NCBI GenBank assembly: GCA_019057475.1
Contig: DXJO01000041.1
Location: 1-64,000 of the forward strand
Length of the DNA stretch: 64,000 bases
From: Candidatus Thorarchaeota archaeon
GTDB taxonomy: Archaea; Asgardarchaeota; Thorarchaeia; Thorarchaeales; Thorarchaeaceae
Direction: 5' to 3'
The notes under the pieces were generated by a model. The model saw only the letters and a program-made list of their open reading frames with translations, was not told the DNA's origin and searched no databases. A program made the translations under genes and the position numbers. This document shows, in pieces, positions 18,500 through 28,595 of this stretch. Numbering within the stretch: the stretch's first letter is position 1; each line of letters opens with the position of its first letter.

Positions 18500-19825
18500 T
18501 TATGCGATTGCTGCGTCTCCTGCTTCGCCGGTTTTTATTGTCATAGTCAGGAAGAATGCTACAACAAAGAAGACGATTGACAACGGATAGAGTATTCCGA
18601 TTCCGAGTAAATCGAAAAGAACACCTGACACAACCGGACCGCTAATCGCAGCACCCATACTGGCGGCATAGTACAGTCCTGTCCCCGCACCGACACGAGC
18701 CTGACCCAGATGTTCCCAGAGCATCACGATACTATTGACGTTTATCAATGCCCATCCGACGCCAGTTATTACAAGAACGCCGAGTATGGTCCAGTAGTCT
18801 GTGATGACCCAGAGAAGGCCTAAGGATACTATCATTATGATAAGGCCGGCCAGTATCGTGTTTTTCCGCCCAAACTTGCCTGCAATGAAGCCCGCTGGGA
18901 CTGCAAAAACAACGAATGACAGAGCAATACCGTTTAGAAGAAATGAGGCATCCGCGACTGGGAAGCCAAGTACTTCATTGCCGTACTTCGTGAACCACGT
19001 TTCTAATGCGTTCCACCCGAAGAACCAGAAGAAGATTGCACCCATGATAGCCGCAGCAGACTTGTCCTCTGAGAAGGACACCTGCTGGAATGCCTTGATA
19101 ATACCAATCTCTCTTTTGGCGTCAACTGGCGGGACTGAAGGTTCCTTGACAATAATATAGAGAATTAGTACTGCAACAATCATAATCACTGATGTCGTCA
19201 GAAACGCCAATATGGGCCCTGACTGCACGGCGGTTACACCCAACATCGTGCCCAGAGAGGGGTCATTGATTTTGTAGATTTGCGATGCTATTGCAAATGC
19301 ATAGATCGCACCAATTCCGCCCATCAGATTGATGACTCCATTTGCCTTCGAACGATTCTCACTGGAAATAAGGTCAGGCATCAGTGCCACTACAGGAGCC
19401 CGATAAAACGCCATGGCGACATTGAAAATTGTTAACATCGCAAGCATGAACCAGAACCCAAAGACTGCCCAGCCATAGGCTGCCAGTGAGAAGAAGAGTG
19501 CGGCAATCGGCGTGCCTATCATTATGTAAGGCATTCGCCTGCCCCATTTTGTCCGTGTCTTGTCTGACCGCGCCCCAATGTAGGGCTGAAGGAACAGAGC
19601 AAGAAGATTATCCACGACCATGATTGCACCAATGATTGTGTTCTGTAGATCACCAACGATGAAATCTGGTAGAAATGCAGCTGGTAGATAGCTGTTGTAG
19701 ACGCTCCAACTGACACTCGTTGTAAAGAAGCCAAGACCAATCGCGAAGATGTGTAGCCATCGCATCTTAGTCGGAGCTCCAACTTCCAGAGCAGATGTAT
19801 CGTCCGTACCATCAGTAGATGTCAA
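18500..19825 (-). CDS. MFS/GPH sugar transporter (SLC45/MalA-like)
   Basis: QPYIGARSDKTRTKWGRRMPY, RAPVVALMPD and RSKANGVINLMGG. Probable TTG start follows AGGAG. Confidence 0.9.
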   Translation of the reverse strand: MTSTDGTDDTSALEVGAPTKMRWLHIFAIGLGFFTTSVSWSVYNSYLPAAFLPDFIVGDLQNTIIGAIMVVDNLLALFLQPYIGARSDKTRTKWGRRMPYIMIGTPIAALFFSLAAYGWAVFGFWFMLAMLTIFNVAMAFYRAPVVALMPDLISSENRSKANGVINLMGGIGAIYAFAIASQIYKINDPSLGTMLGVTAVQSGPILAFLTTSVIMIVAVLILYIIVKEPSVPPVDAKREIGIIKAFQQVSFSEDKSAAAIMGAIFFWFFGWNALETWFTKYGNEVLGFPVADASFLLNGIALSFVVFAVPAGFIAGKFGRKNTILAGLIIMIVSLGLLWVITDYWTILGVLVITGVGWALINVNSIVMLWEHLGQARVGAGTGLYYAASMGAAISGPVVSGVLFDLLGIGILYPLSIVFFVVAFFLTMTIKTGEAGDAAIA

Positions 19826-19950
19826 ATCATTCACTCCTTTTCGATATGCGAATTGTGAACTCAGGAGGTGATGGTAAGCCGCTAAAGGAGTGCTGGACAC
19901 TATAGCACACGATTCATATCTTACATATCGTAGGTCATACCGGTGCATCA

Positions 19951-20223
19951 ATGAATATACAGTACATTTCACAGCCTAGAGTGAAGGAACTCCTGCTACA
20001 TCTCAAGTGGGGCGATAGGTTCGAGGAGGAAATGAGAGAGGCATTAAAGGCCATTCGCGAGTCGGAGTTGGACTTCGAGCAAATTAAGCGAGAGCTGACA
20101 GAATCGGGACTAGTACTGCAACTCCGCGGAGAAGGAGGGAATCCGTATCTGGCGCTGACGGATATGGGTCAGGCAATCGCAGACCTGCTTCATGAGATTG
20201 AGTTCATCTTGACGCCAAGATGA
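19951..20223 (+). CDS. Small winged-helix protein
   Basis: ELTESGLV...YLALTDMGQAIA wing motif. Confidence 0.65.
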   Translation: MNIQYISQPRVKELLLHLKWGDRFEEEMREALKAIRESELDFEQIKRELTESGLVLQLRGEGGNPYLALTDMGQAIADLLHEIEFILTPR

Positions 20224-20711
20224 CTACAAAGAATCAGAGTGAAGCTCTCGCATGGCGTCCCACGCGAAAACTTCCTCACGTGTGATCGTAGAATGAGCTT
20301 GGGTGCGCCGGGGACTATCTCCCTTATCTTCGGCACAGGACTGAACGGAATCGTTGTCGGATACCATTCTAATCCCCCTCTATCGGTTGTAGAGATATGC
20401 GTGTGCGACTGCATTTGTCGAAACAGGCTTCTTCGGGAGCCCCTTCCTCTCGTTCTCACCTATTTTTGCGAGTGCCAGTTCTATCACCTCCGATAGATGT
20501 ATGCGTGGTATAGTGCTCCGGTCGACAGGACCTTTGCAACCTTTGCGTTCTGCGTTCCAGATACGTTCCTTGTGTTCTTTGATAGTGCCATTGTGTTTCA
20601 CCGTTCGCTAAAGGGTGTGTAAAACAAACCATTCAGCCATCTATGGTATAGTCATAAACCCATATAAGGTTTGTGTCGCAAACCAATCTATGCAAAACGC
20701 GTGATGGATAA

Positions 20712-21545
20712 ATGGTTTGTACCAGAAACTTAAATAGGGCAAACCAAGATATCCAACTTGGAAACGCAGTAGAAAGCGAGGCAGTCAATTTGGGAAACAT
20801 CAATACAGTCTTCGAAAACGAAACCGACACTCTGAAGGACATTGTCCTTACTAAGGAGGGCAAGACGCCTCAGAAAGAGGTCGAATTCGTCTATGACAAG
20901 CAGAAATGCGATGAACTTGCGGAGCCTGTAAGGTTTCAGATCGTCCAGGTGCTAAGGCAGGGCATTGATGATACTCAAACGACCGAGGATTTCAATGAGG
21001 AAACCAATGAGAGAATCATCCGACAGAAAATGGTGAAACGCAACACCATGTCAGTTGTCGAAATTGTTAAGGCATCAACCCAGTCTGACTGCTGTGAAGT
21101 CATTACGAAGAATCAACTGTATCACCACCTCCCCAAACTGATTGAAAGCGGTTATGTCATCAAATACGGCACAGTCACAACGGGTAAACGAACCACAGAT
21201 TACTACCGTCGTACGGCCAAGGGATTCATGCTGCTTGGAGCGGACCCATCAGCCGATGAGGATCATATCAGGCGCAAGATTTCTGAGGGGCGAGAGAAGA
21301 TTGTAAGCATATTTGATCTCAATATCTCCCCAGAGAGTAGCAATGAGCTTTCAGAGTTGTGGGTGAAGAGCACTCAATTGCAGATGGAGTATCGCGTGAA
21401 GATTGCCAAGATGATTCGAGGCGATGTGGCTGATTCGGAAGTATTGGAACTTTTTGAGTTGATGTTGAACATCTACTCAATGGGCTCGGATGAGTATGTG
21501 CAGATTCAGAGAAGGATGCAGGAGATACTATTCTCGGACACCTAG
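20712..21545 (+). CDS. ArsR-like winged-HTH transcriptional regulator (true start probably later)
   Basis: LAEPVRFQIVQVL...NQLYHHLPKLIESGYV...YYRRTAK. Confidence 0.8.
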   Translation: MVCTRNLNRANQDIQLGNAVESEAVNLGNINTVFENETDTLKDIVLTKEGKTPQKEVEFVYDKQKCDELAEPVRFQIVQVLRQGIDDTQTTEDFNEETNERIIRQKMVKRNTMSVVEIVKASTQSDCCEVITKNQLYHHLPKLIESGYVIKYGTVTTGKRTTDYYRRTAKGFMLLGADPSADEDHIRRKISEGREKIVSIFDLNISPESSNELSELWVKSTQLQMEYRVKIAKMIRGDVADSEVLELFELMLNIYSMGSDEYVQIQRRMQEILFSDT

Positions 21546-21636
21546 TGGCTCCTCAGACATACAATGGTATGCAGTAAACCAAAGTGCAGCATCACTGGGT
21601 TGCGGTGAGGTTCCTCTGATTACCGATCAACAGGAT

Positions 21637-21873
21637 CTATCTAGAAGCACAGATGTTAGTCTGCGTTTCGCCCACGCCTTCAACTGTTTTTATTTTGTCC
21701 ACAACGAAGTTACTCATCGCGTCATTGTCCGTGAACTCAGCATGAATTATCAAGTCCCAGGCGCCGAACAGGATGTAGGATTCCACAACTTCTGGCATGG
21801 CCTTGAACTTTTCTAGAATAGCCCTATTGTCGCCGCCTATTATTTTTATCAGAATGAATGCTGCAACCGTCAT
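21637..21873 (-). CDS. Stand-alone Lrp/AsnC ligand-binding (RAM) domain protein
   Basis: AFILIK...PEVVESYILFGAWDLII...KIKTVEGVGETQT. Confidence 0.9.
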   Translation of the reverse strand: MTVAAFILIKIIGGDNRAILEKFKAMPEVVESYILFGAWDLIIHAEFTDNDAMSNFVVDKIKTVEGVGETQTNICASR

Positions 21874-21945
21874 TGATTAGTTCCCTCGAATAGGAAGCCG
21901 AGTATGTAGAAATGTAGAACACCTCTTATTCTTTGCGCAACGGAG

Positions 21946-22088
21946 GGCCCTGTGGAATAAATCGAATGGCGTGAGGAAAAGCATCTGAATTCACACTCAG
22001 TAATGTCAGGATTCAGACACTCCATGATAAAACGAATGTCGATTCTGATTGTGCTGATAGTGGACTAACGGGATTATTCCACAGAGCC
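21946..22088. mobile_element. 143-bp MITE with 15-bp TIRs and 9-bp target-site duplication
   Basis: TIRs GGCCCTGTGGAATAA (21946-21960) and TTATTCCACAGAGCC (22074-22088) with one mismatch, flanked by perfect GCAACGGAG at 21937-21945 and 22089-22097. Confidence 0.85.
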
Positions 22089-22188
22089 GCAACGGAGAGA
22101 GTCCATGTTACGTGAGGCTGCGTTTCAGGAAAAGCCGAGGAATAGCATGAATGTACTAATTCAAGTGGAATCAGACACTGAGATGTGT

Positions 22189-22563
22189 TCAGATCAATCC
22201 CTTGAAACGAAGCGCAGATCTTGCTAGGTCAATAACAGCCAACTCGGGGATGGACTCAGGAGTGGCCCAACCCAGCAGCCATGTAGTCCGATCGATAGAT
22301 GCCATCAGGAAATGACCTTGATTGTTCTCAGCTGTTGCCACATAGGAATCGGAAGAAGAGCTTATCCTGCGGTAGGTGACCCCATTGACGTTCACTGTAT
22401 CAGCCGCATTCTTGGGGGCCTGTGCTAGGTCTGAAACATCGTTCACTAGATTCCAGTTACCAGTCTGCCAGATTATTATTGATTCCTTGCATACTGCAAA
22501 CCGCTGCATGCGGGGATTGCTGGAGTAGAGCTTTGCCCACTCATCCTCAATGATTGACCCCAT
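22189..22563 (-). CDS. Profilin-like protein (Asgard), divergent paralog
   Basis: 124 aa; IIWQTGNWNL, VNGVTY, YVAT..NNQGHFL and WLLGW align with the neighbouring profilin. Confidence 0.75.
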   Translation of the reverse strand: MGSIIEDEWAKLYSSNPRMQRFAVCKESIIIWQTGNWNLVNDVSDLAQAPKNAADTVNVNGVTYRRISSSSDSYVATAENNQGHFLMASIDRTTWLLGWATPESIPELAVIDLARSALRFKGLI

Positions 22564-22662
22564 GACACTACCACCGAAACTGATTCACAGTGGACCTTCG
22601 AGCCGTGGTGTAGGGGAGCCCATATAGATAGCCCTCGATCCCTGCGCTTCAGCTGTTGCTAA

Positions 22663-23043
22663 TCATATTTTACCTTTAAGAGATTTGGCAGCCCGATCTA
22701 CGTCGACGTAGATTCCATCGGGTGCGGCGTCTTTCGCAGCCCAAGCAACTACCCATTTGTCACCTTCAATCTTGGCTAACACCAGGGTTCCATTGCCACC
22801 GGTGTTTCTGGCCACGAGACTTTCTGGACTCGTTCTTAATGTGCTGTACTTCACTTCATTTTGTATCACGCTAGCAGCTCTACTGGTGACCGCTGAAACC
22901 AAGCTCTTAGCATCTGCGCTGAGATCCCAGTTGTCGCTCTGCCACAATACTTGCCCGCCACCGGTGATCACTCCAAAAGCTTGAATCATCTTTCCGGAAT
23001 CGTTGTACGCCTTTGTGTATGAATCCATTACAGGATCGCCCAT
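22663..23043 (-). CDS. Profilin (Asgard/Thorarchaeia type)
   Basis: 126 aa; AFGVI..GGQVLWQSDNWDL, VKYSTLR.SPESLVARN.GGNGTLV is the pattern of Asgard profilins. Confidence 0.85.
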   Translation of the reverse strand: MGDPVMDSYTKAYNDSGKMIQAFGVITGGGQVLWQSDNWDLSADAKSLVSAVTSRAASVIQNEVKYSTLRTSPESLVARNTGGNGTLVLAKIEGDKWVVAWAAKDAAPDGIYVDVDRAAKSLKGKI

Positions 23044-23180
23044 GATGTTCACCCCGTTGAACATAGTCAAACGGTCTTCGAGAAACTCAAGAAGCTATTT
23101 CCCATATAAGGAAATTCTTGATGGCCTTCAGTCTAATCTCCTAGAACACACTCTTATGGCGGACGATGTGCTCAACTTAC

Positions 23181-23492
23181 ATGCCCAAGATGGCAATTGA
23201 AGACACAGCAGACGGCGTTTTATTGAGAGTGATTGTGAAACCAAGATCTAGAGCTACATCATTCATTGCAGAGATAGGCGTGGAGTACGTCATTCTGAAC
23301 CTTAGAGCTCCAGCAAGAGAAGGAAAGGCCAACACAGAGCTACTGAAACGGGTCGCAAAATCGTTGAAACTATCCACCGCGGATGTCATCTTGGTCAGCG
23401 GCTCCAAATCACGCGATAAAACGCTCCTGATACGGGGGGTAATGGCCGACCAAGTTCTTGGTATATTGCAGGCCGTCATAAACAATAAATAA
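23181..23492 (+). CDS. DUF167/YggU family protein
   Basis: VIVKPRS...APAREGKANTEL...VSGSKSRDK. Confidence 0.9.
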   Translation: MPKMAIEDTADGVLLRVIVKPRSRATSFIAEIGVEYVILNLRAPAREGKANTELLKRVAKSLKLSTADVILVSGSKSRDKTLLIRGVMADQVLGILQAVINNK

Positions 23493-23593
23493 CGATGTCG
23501 TTCTGAAACCCTGCTCTTCGCGCCCATAAATAGCAATTAATCCAACCTACAATGACGAACACACGTATTCGAACTGGAGGATGTCTGTAGAAT

Positions 23594-25813
23594 ATGCCAA
23601 CAAGGTCAACAAGAGCTCTAATGGCGGGGATGTTCCTTGCGGGGCTTATCTATGGGCTCTTCGCGATGTCTACGGGGAGATACGACGACCCGTTTGTGTG
23701 GCTGGCGATTTACATAGAGCTCGTACTACTAGTTGCCTCATTGACCCGAAAGCCACCCACGAAGATGGATCTTGTCTTCTTGACGTTGATCATGATGACC
23801 TACACCATGGCCGCATCCATGCTAGGCCTCCTCTCGGAGGTTGCAATCATGGCGATTGCAGGAATTGTACTCTATGCTGGCATCATGACTGAACCCAAGT
23901 TTCCCCTGACCAAACGCGCAATCATTACAGGGCTTGTTGTTGGTGTAATTTACACATTCTTGGGCATCTACCTAGCACTCAAAATAGGAGTTGTCTACAT
24001 CGTTGGCGCCGAGATGCTTGGTGCGATCGCTCTCAGTGCGTGGGGCAAATACACGAAAGAAGAGAACACAATCGTTGTAGCAATATCCAACTCATCGGCT
24101 ATGATTAGCATAGGTGTTCTCATCACATTTCCAGCGATTGCGATATTCACCCCTGAAATCGCATATGGACCACCCGCTCTCATCACGTACCCGTTCATCG
24201 TGTTTGTGACGGGAATAAGTGCGATTTTCGGCTTGCTCCTCCTAGCACCTCTAAGAGAACGCTTTGAAAATGAGCCATGGCCACAGGTGCGTCCTCAAGC
24301 TGAAACAATCATCTCAATGGGATTGGACCAGACAGCCAAACGTACTGTGCTTACTGGAGTTGCAGCTTCAGCGGCATGGGTAGGAGCAACAAAGATTGCT
24401 GAAGCCTCGGATCCGGGCGCTCTAGCTGCGGTTCCAAATGCGTTCAAATCCATCATTCCTGCCGCAGGAGCTATCCCAGAGTGGATAGGAATCACAAACT
24501 CCCCATTAATTGCCAGCATAGGGTTCTTCGTTGGTTGGAAACGAACTCTAGTGATATTCGCGGGCAGCATAGCCTCAATGCTAATCTGGATCATCCTCGA
24601 AGGGGCTCAACCTATCACGTATGAGGAACATCTGAAGCGAGCTGAGATTCTCTATCTTGCGATAGGTGTGTTTGTATCAATCATTGTTGGTGATGTACTC
24701 TCAAGTAGGAAGAAAGAGATGAAACCAGAGGAGTTCGAAGAGATTGTGAAGGCACACTCAACTGGCTCCGAGGGGGAAAGCGAGGGCATAATAATCGAAA
24801 CCCCGCACAAGGCCTCTGAAGTGCCAGGGCTCATGCGAGTAAAGGAAGCTCTCTTCTCAATCGAAGCAATGCAAGAAGAGATACGTGCGATGATTGCCAA
24901 TCCTAGAGCATACATACGGGACAACCGAGGACAACTACCCATTTGGGTAACATTCATTTCCCTGATTCTCTATGCGATATTTGGTATCTTAATATTCTCG
25001 TTCGTCCCAATATTCCCGAATCTTCAGATTCATTGGACGTTATTCGTAATTGGCACGCCTCTTGTATTTGTTTCTGCATATTTCACAGCGCGAGCAATCT
25101 GCGAAACAGGGATGCTCGCAGGCTACATATCAGATATGGTTGCCATCCCTGCGATCCTCTTATTGCACGTATCATTTCAGTCCATAACTGTATTCATGTC
25201 AATGCTTGGTGCACTCCAAGATGCCGCGATAGCGCTGCTGGTTCATCTGAAACTGGGACGGTTCACTGGTGTTCGCGGCAGGGACATCGTAAAGGCAGTA
25301 TCAATCGGCATGGTTCTCGGCACTTTCGTTGGCTCACTGATGATCTACGCCATATTCACAACGTATGGCTTTGGGGGTTCTGACTTTCCAAGCCCAGCAG
25401 CACAGCTCTTTGGTTTCCTCGTGTTGAGCCTGCAGGGAATAGGAAACCTTGAGCTTCCAGGAGTGAATCAGTTCCCAGGAATGCCCCAGGAATTCATTTT
25501 CTTCTATCTCATTGCATTTACAGCCGTTGGTTTCATTGCAGGGAGAGAATTAGGCAAGAAAGGCATGAGTGCCATGAGTCTCGTCGTTGGTGTTTTGATT
25601 CCACCTGCAACAGCGGTGGCGATGCTATTTGGCGCATACATAGACTATAGAGTCAAGAAACAGGACGGTTTCCAGCCTGATTCCGTTGGCTATGAAACCA
25701 CATTTAGTCCGCTTCGCAAGAAGATGAGCCGCATTCTCAGCGGCATCGTAGCAGGAGAAGCGATAGTGGTCGTGATATGGGTGATCTGGAGCGCAATCAT
25801 TCTATTTGCCTAG
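23594..25813 (+). CDS. OPT/YSL family oligopeptide transporter
   Basis: YLALKIG, EENTIV, ARAICETG, FPSPAAQ and SGIVAGE in a multi-TM protein. Confidence 0.85.
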   Translation: MPTRSTRALMAGMFLAGLIYGLFAMSTGRYDDPFVWLAIYIELVLLVASLTRKPPTKMDLVFLTLIMMTYTMAASMLGLLSEVAIMAIAGIVLYAGIMTEPKFPLTKRAIITGLVVGVIYTFLGIYLALKIGVVYIVGAEMLGAIALSAWGKYTKEENTIVVAISNSSAMISIGVLITFPAIAIFTPEIAYGPPALITYPFIVFVTGISAIFGLLLLAPLRERFENEPWPQVRPQAETIISMGLDQTAKRTVLTGVAASAAWVGATKIAEASDPGALAAVPNAFKSIIPAAGAIPEWIGITNSPLIASIGFFVGWKRTLVIFAGSIASMLIWIILEGAQPITYEEHLKRAEILYLAIGVFVSIIVGDVLSSRKKEMKPEEFEEIVKAHSTGSEGESEGIIIETPHKASEVPGLMRVKEALFSIEAMQEEIRAMIANPRAYIRDNRGQLPIWVTFISLILYAIFGILIFSFVPIFPNLQIHWTLFVIGTPLVFVSAYFTARAICETGMLAGYISDMVAIPAILLLHVSFQSITVFMSMLGALQDAAIALLVHLKLGRFTGVRGRDIVKAVSIGMVLGTFVGSLMIYAIFTTYGFGGSDFPSPAAQLFGFLVLSLQGIGNLELPGVNQFPGMPQEFIFFYLIAFTAVGFIAGRELGKKGMSAMSLVVGVLIPPATAVAMLFGAYIDYRVKKQDGFQPDSVGYETTFSPLRKKMSRILSGIVAGEAIVVVIWVIWSAIILFA

Positions 25814-25850
25814 GTGGTTTCCCCAAAGCATCCGACCAAACGCGAGAATG

Positions 25851-27236
25851 TTACCGCTTGTACGTGTCTTCAAGAGCCTTATCCCATTCGTCGTGTTCTT
25901 CTTCGGTCTTGCGCCTTTTCTTGGCCTTCTTGCGCGCCCTTCGAGATTTGACCGCGGCTTTCTTTTTCTTCTTCAGCTCTTCGCGACGTTTCTTGATTGC
26001 TTCCTTCTCTTCCTTGGTCAGCTCCACTACTTCTACCTCTTCCCGCTGTGAGAACCACCCTATTATCACAGAAACAAAGACGAAAAGCAATGAGATAGGC
26101 AGAAGGAAGATTAGTATGAACTCTAGTTCGAGAAGCTCTGCACTGTATTCAACTCCTGGAGGGAGATTGAGCATAGAAACAAACAATGCAGGACTCATCA
26201 TCAAGAATGAGATAGCCACTACGCCTAAGAAACGCATTGCCGATCCTGTGATGGTCGAGCCAATCACATAACTCTCTGATGGTGCCGCAGCCTTAGCTGT
26301 GAGCTCTTCTCTTGCATTGGGATTGCTCAGGAGTAGATCATTAACAAAGTGTTGGAGACGACGCACATCACTCACGGCATCAAGATTTTCAAGAGCCTCA
26401 GTACTCCCGAACATTTTCCGCTCAATCGCCTCTCTAAGAAATGAGAATGCTGTTGCACCGGAGGCACGGCTCATCGCTGTTGTCCTGACCTTCTCGCCAC
26501 GCTCAATAGCATCCTGTTTCCGAGTGGCTTGGCGAAGCGCCAAGAGCTGTGTCTTGAGAGTTTCCTCCCGATCTTCTACCGGCTTACCTACCGAATGACT
26601 ATAGATCATCTGATAGCTAAACTCCAGATAGGCGAAGGAAACAAGTGCCAGAATCTGTGGAGAACTCGTGAGAAACGTAGTGATATCAGTCGGAAAGATT
26701 GTGAAGTTGGGAACCGTCAGACCTCTGAAGGCACCAATAATTAGAATGGATTGAATTGAAAGAAAAGCGCCGCCAGAGAACTTGTGATCCATTCTTACAA
26801 GTGATTGTAGAAACAGGGCAACACCAAGACCTGCTAGCAGGAAGAAGAGGAAGCTGAATGTATTGTCCCAGAGAGACAGCATAACACCAATCAGGTCCAT
26901 TTGGAAGCTCTCGAACACCAGATTGACGTCTGAGATGGGACCATCTACTCCATAGGGCTGCAAATTCCAGAATTTCAGAACCAGTGTATTGTACAACCAA
27001 GCAATCGTTTGGTCTGGTAATTGGCCTCCGAAGATCGCTGCTGTCAGCCCGTTCATTATCAGAACTGATAGGAAGAAAGCAAGCAATGAGAGAAGATGAA
27101 ATACCGTAACCACAAAGTCGTATGGAGCACTCCAACCCCATGCGCTTGACTCATCCAAGGCCAAATAGACTAGGTAAGCCATGTATGCGAAAGTGGCAGT
27201 TGAGAGGATGCGCAAAATCCAAGTGACCATCTTCAA
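25851..27236 (-). CDS. Hypothetical membrane protein, last gene of the MoxR operon
   Basis: Multiple TMs, a cytoplasmic helical loop and a Lys/Arg-rich C-terminus; overlaps the DUF58 stop by 4 nt. Confidence 0.75.
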   Translation of the reverse strand: MKMVTWILRILSTATFAYMAYLVYLALDESSAWGWSAPYDFVVTVFHLLSLLAFFLSVLIMNGLTAAIFGGQLPDQTIAWLYNTLVLKFWNLQPYGVDGPISDVNLVFESFQMDLIGVMLSLWDNTFSFLFFLLAGLGVALFLQSLVRMDHKFSGGAFLSIQSILIIGAFRGLTVPNFTIFPTDITTFLTSSPQILALVSFAYLEFSYQMIYSHSVGKPVEDREETLKTQLLALRQATRKQDAIERGEKVRTTAMSRASGATAFSFLREAIERKMFGSTEALENLDAVSDVRRLQHFVNDLLLSNPNAREELTAKAAAPSESYVIGSTITGSAMRFLGVVAISFLMMSPALFVSMLNLPPGVEYSAELLELEFILIFLLPISLLFVFVSVIIGWFSQREEVEVVELTKEEKEAIKKRREELKKKKKAAVKSRRARKKAKKRRKTEEEHDEWDKALEDTYKR

Positions 27237-28555
27237 AACATCGCAACCCCCATTCGCTTTGCCTCTTCATACTGTTTGATGATGGTAGGCAAGAAATCTG
27301 CAGGCCCCACGTTGACCACGGCTATTCTAAAACGTGCCAATGCGCGTGAAATCTTGCTACGCCGCTCCCAGAGCTCCTCCGAAACAGCCTCGGCAAGTAC
27401 TTTCTCCACTGGACCAAACTGACCGACTGGAACCTCAAACCATGGACCGAACGGACTAATCACCATAGCCTTGTGACCGTTTGCAACCACAGTCTTCATG
27501 GCATTCAGTAGGGGGGCTGGACTCTCTTCAAGATCAGTCAGCCAGATGAATAATGAACGTTTTCTTGTCTGTCGGGTGACATACTCAACTGCGGACTCGT
27601 AATCACTCCAACCACTTGGCTCAACCATCGCAAGAGATTCCAACACGCCATACATATGATTGGGATGAGTACTAGGTGGAACATACGAATGCACGACATC
27701 TGAGAAGACACACGTGCCGACAAGATCTCTTCTCTCCATCCCCATATGCGTTAGAAGAACTGCCGCGCGAATTGCATACTCGAGCTTTGTGTTCTCGGGA
27801 TAGCCATTGCCCATACTTCCGCTAGAATCAACCATGCACACAACTTGGATGTTCTTCTCCATCTCGAACTGCTTGATGACCATGTCACCACGTTTTGCAC
27901 TGCTCTTCCAATCAATCAACCTGAAGGGGTCTCCGGGCACATACTGTCGAAAGCCCGCAAAGTCAGTCCCCATACCAACAGTCTTTGTCCTATGAGATCC
28001 AAACATGAGACCAAGCTGCCTTTGCTTACCCATCGCCTCAAGACGCCTAACATCCTTCCAAGTGGGATAAACGAGAACTTCTGTTTTCTCCTTCAATACA
28101 CGCTTGAAGTAATGCATCCCCAGGCGATCACGCATAATCACCTCGGTGGGACCTAGGAAGTAGCGCCCTCGCATCCGTGCCTGCAAGATGTACGAGAAAG
28201 TCATGCTGCTCCCCGGCTCTATTCGGGAAGCGATGAAATTCTCGCCTATAGCTAGAATCCAAGTTTCTGGGTAGCGGTCCCAGACTTCAATGAAATCGAA
28301 ATGCCGCCTTGACGTGTTCTTGATAGTGACTCGCACACGCAGGAAATCCCCCGAGAATACTTTCACTTTATCAATCTGGCGATCTACCTCGATACCGGCA
28401 ATGTTGGCGGCCAACGCAAAGAAGGGGAGTGTCACGACAAGCCCTACTATGAGGTAGACTCCCAACAGGGCCAAGTAGGCGTTGACGAAAACGAATCCAC
28501 TCGTAAGGAGCAGGACGCCTCCGAACAGCACTACAAAGCCTCTTTGCGTGATCAC
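27233..28555 (-). CDS. DUF58 domain (vWA-like) protein
   Basis: RGRYFLGP, D.LG, GTDFAGFRQYVPGDPFRLIDWKSSAK and MIDAS-like DSSGS. Confidence 0.92.
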   Translation of the reverse strand: MITQRGFVVLFGGVLLLTSGFVFVNAYLALLGVYLIVGLVVTLPFFALAANIAGIEVDRQIDKVKVFSGDFLRVRVTIKNTSRRHFDFIEVWDRYPETWILAIGENFIASRIEPGSSMTFSYILQARMRGRYFLGPTEVIMRDRLGMHYFKRVLKEKTEVLVYPTWKDVRRLEAMGKQRQLGLMFGSHRTKTVGMGTDFAGFRQYVPGDPFRLIDWKSSAKRGDMVIKQFEMEKNIQVVCMVDSSGSMGNGYPENTKLEYAIRAAVLLTHMGMERRDLVGTCVFSDVVHSYVPPSTHPNHMYGVLESLAMVEPSGWSDYESAVEYVTRQTRKRSLFIWLTDLEESPAPLLNAMKTVVANGHKAMVISPFGPWFEVPVGQFGPVEKVLAEAVSEELWERRSKISRALARFRIAVVNVGPADFLPTIIKQYEEAKRMGVAMF

Positions 28556-28595
28556 TTCACATCGTCTCCGGCATCATGTACGTGTTTTCGTTCAT

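Noticed and set aside
21931-21945. GCAACGG shared between the MITE TSD and the IS right end at 207-213
   Set aside because: Only 7 nt match, which is compatible with chance, and no other IS607 end features are present.
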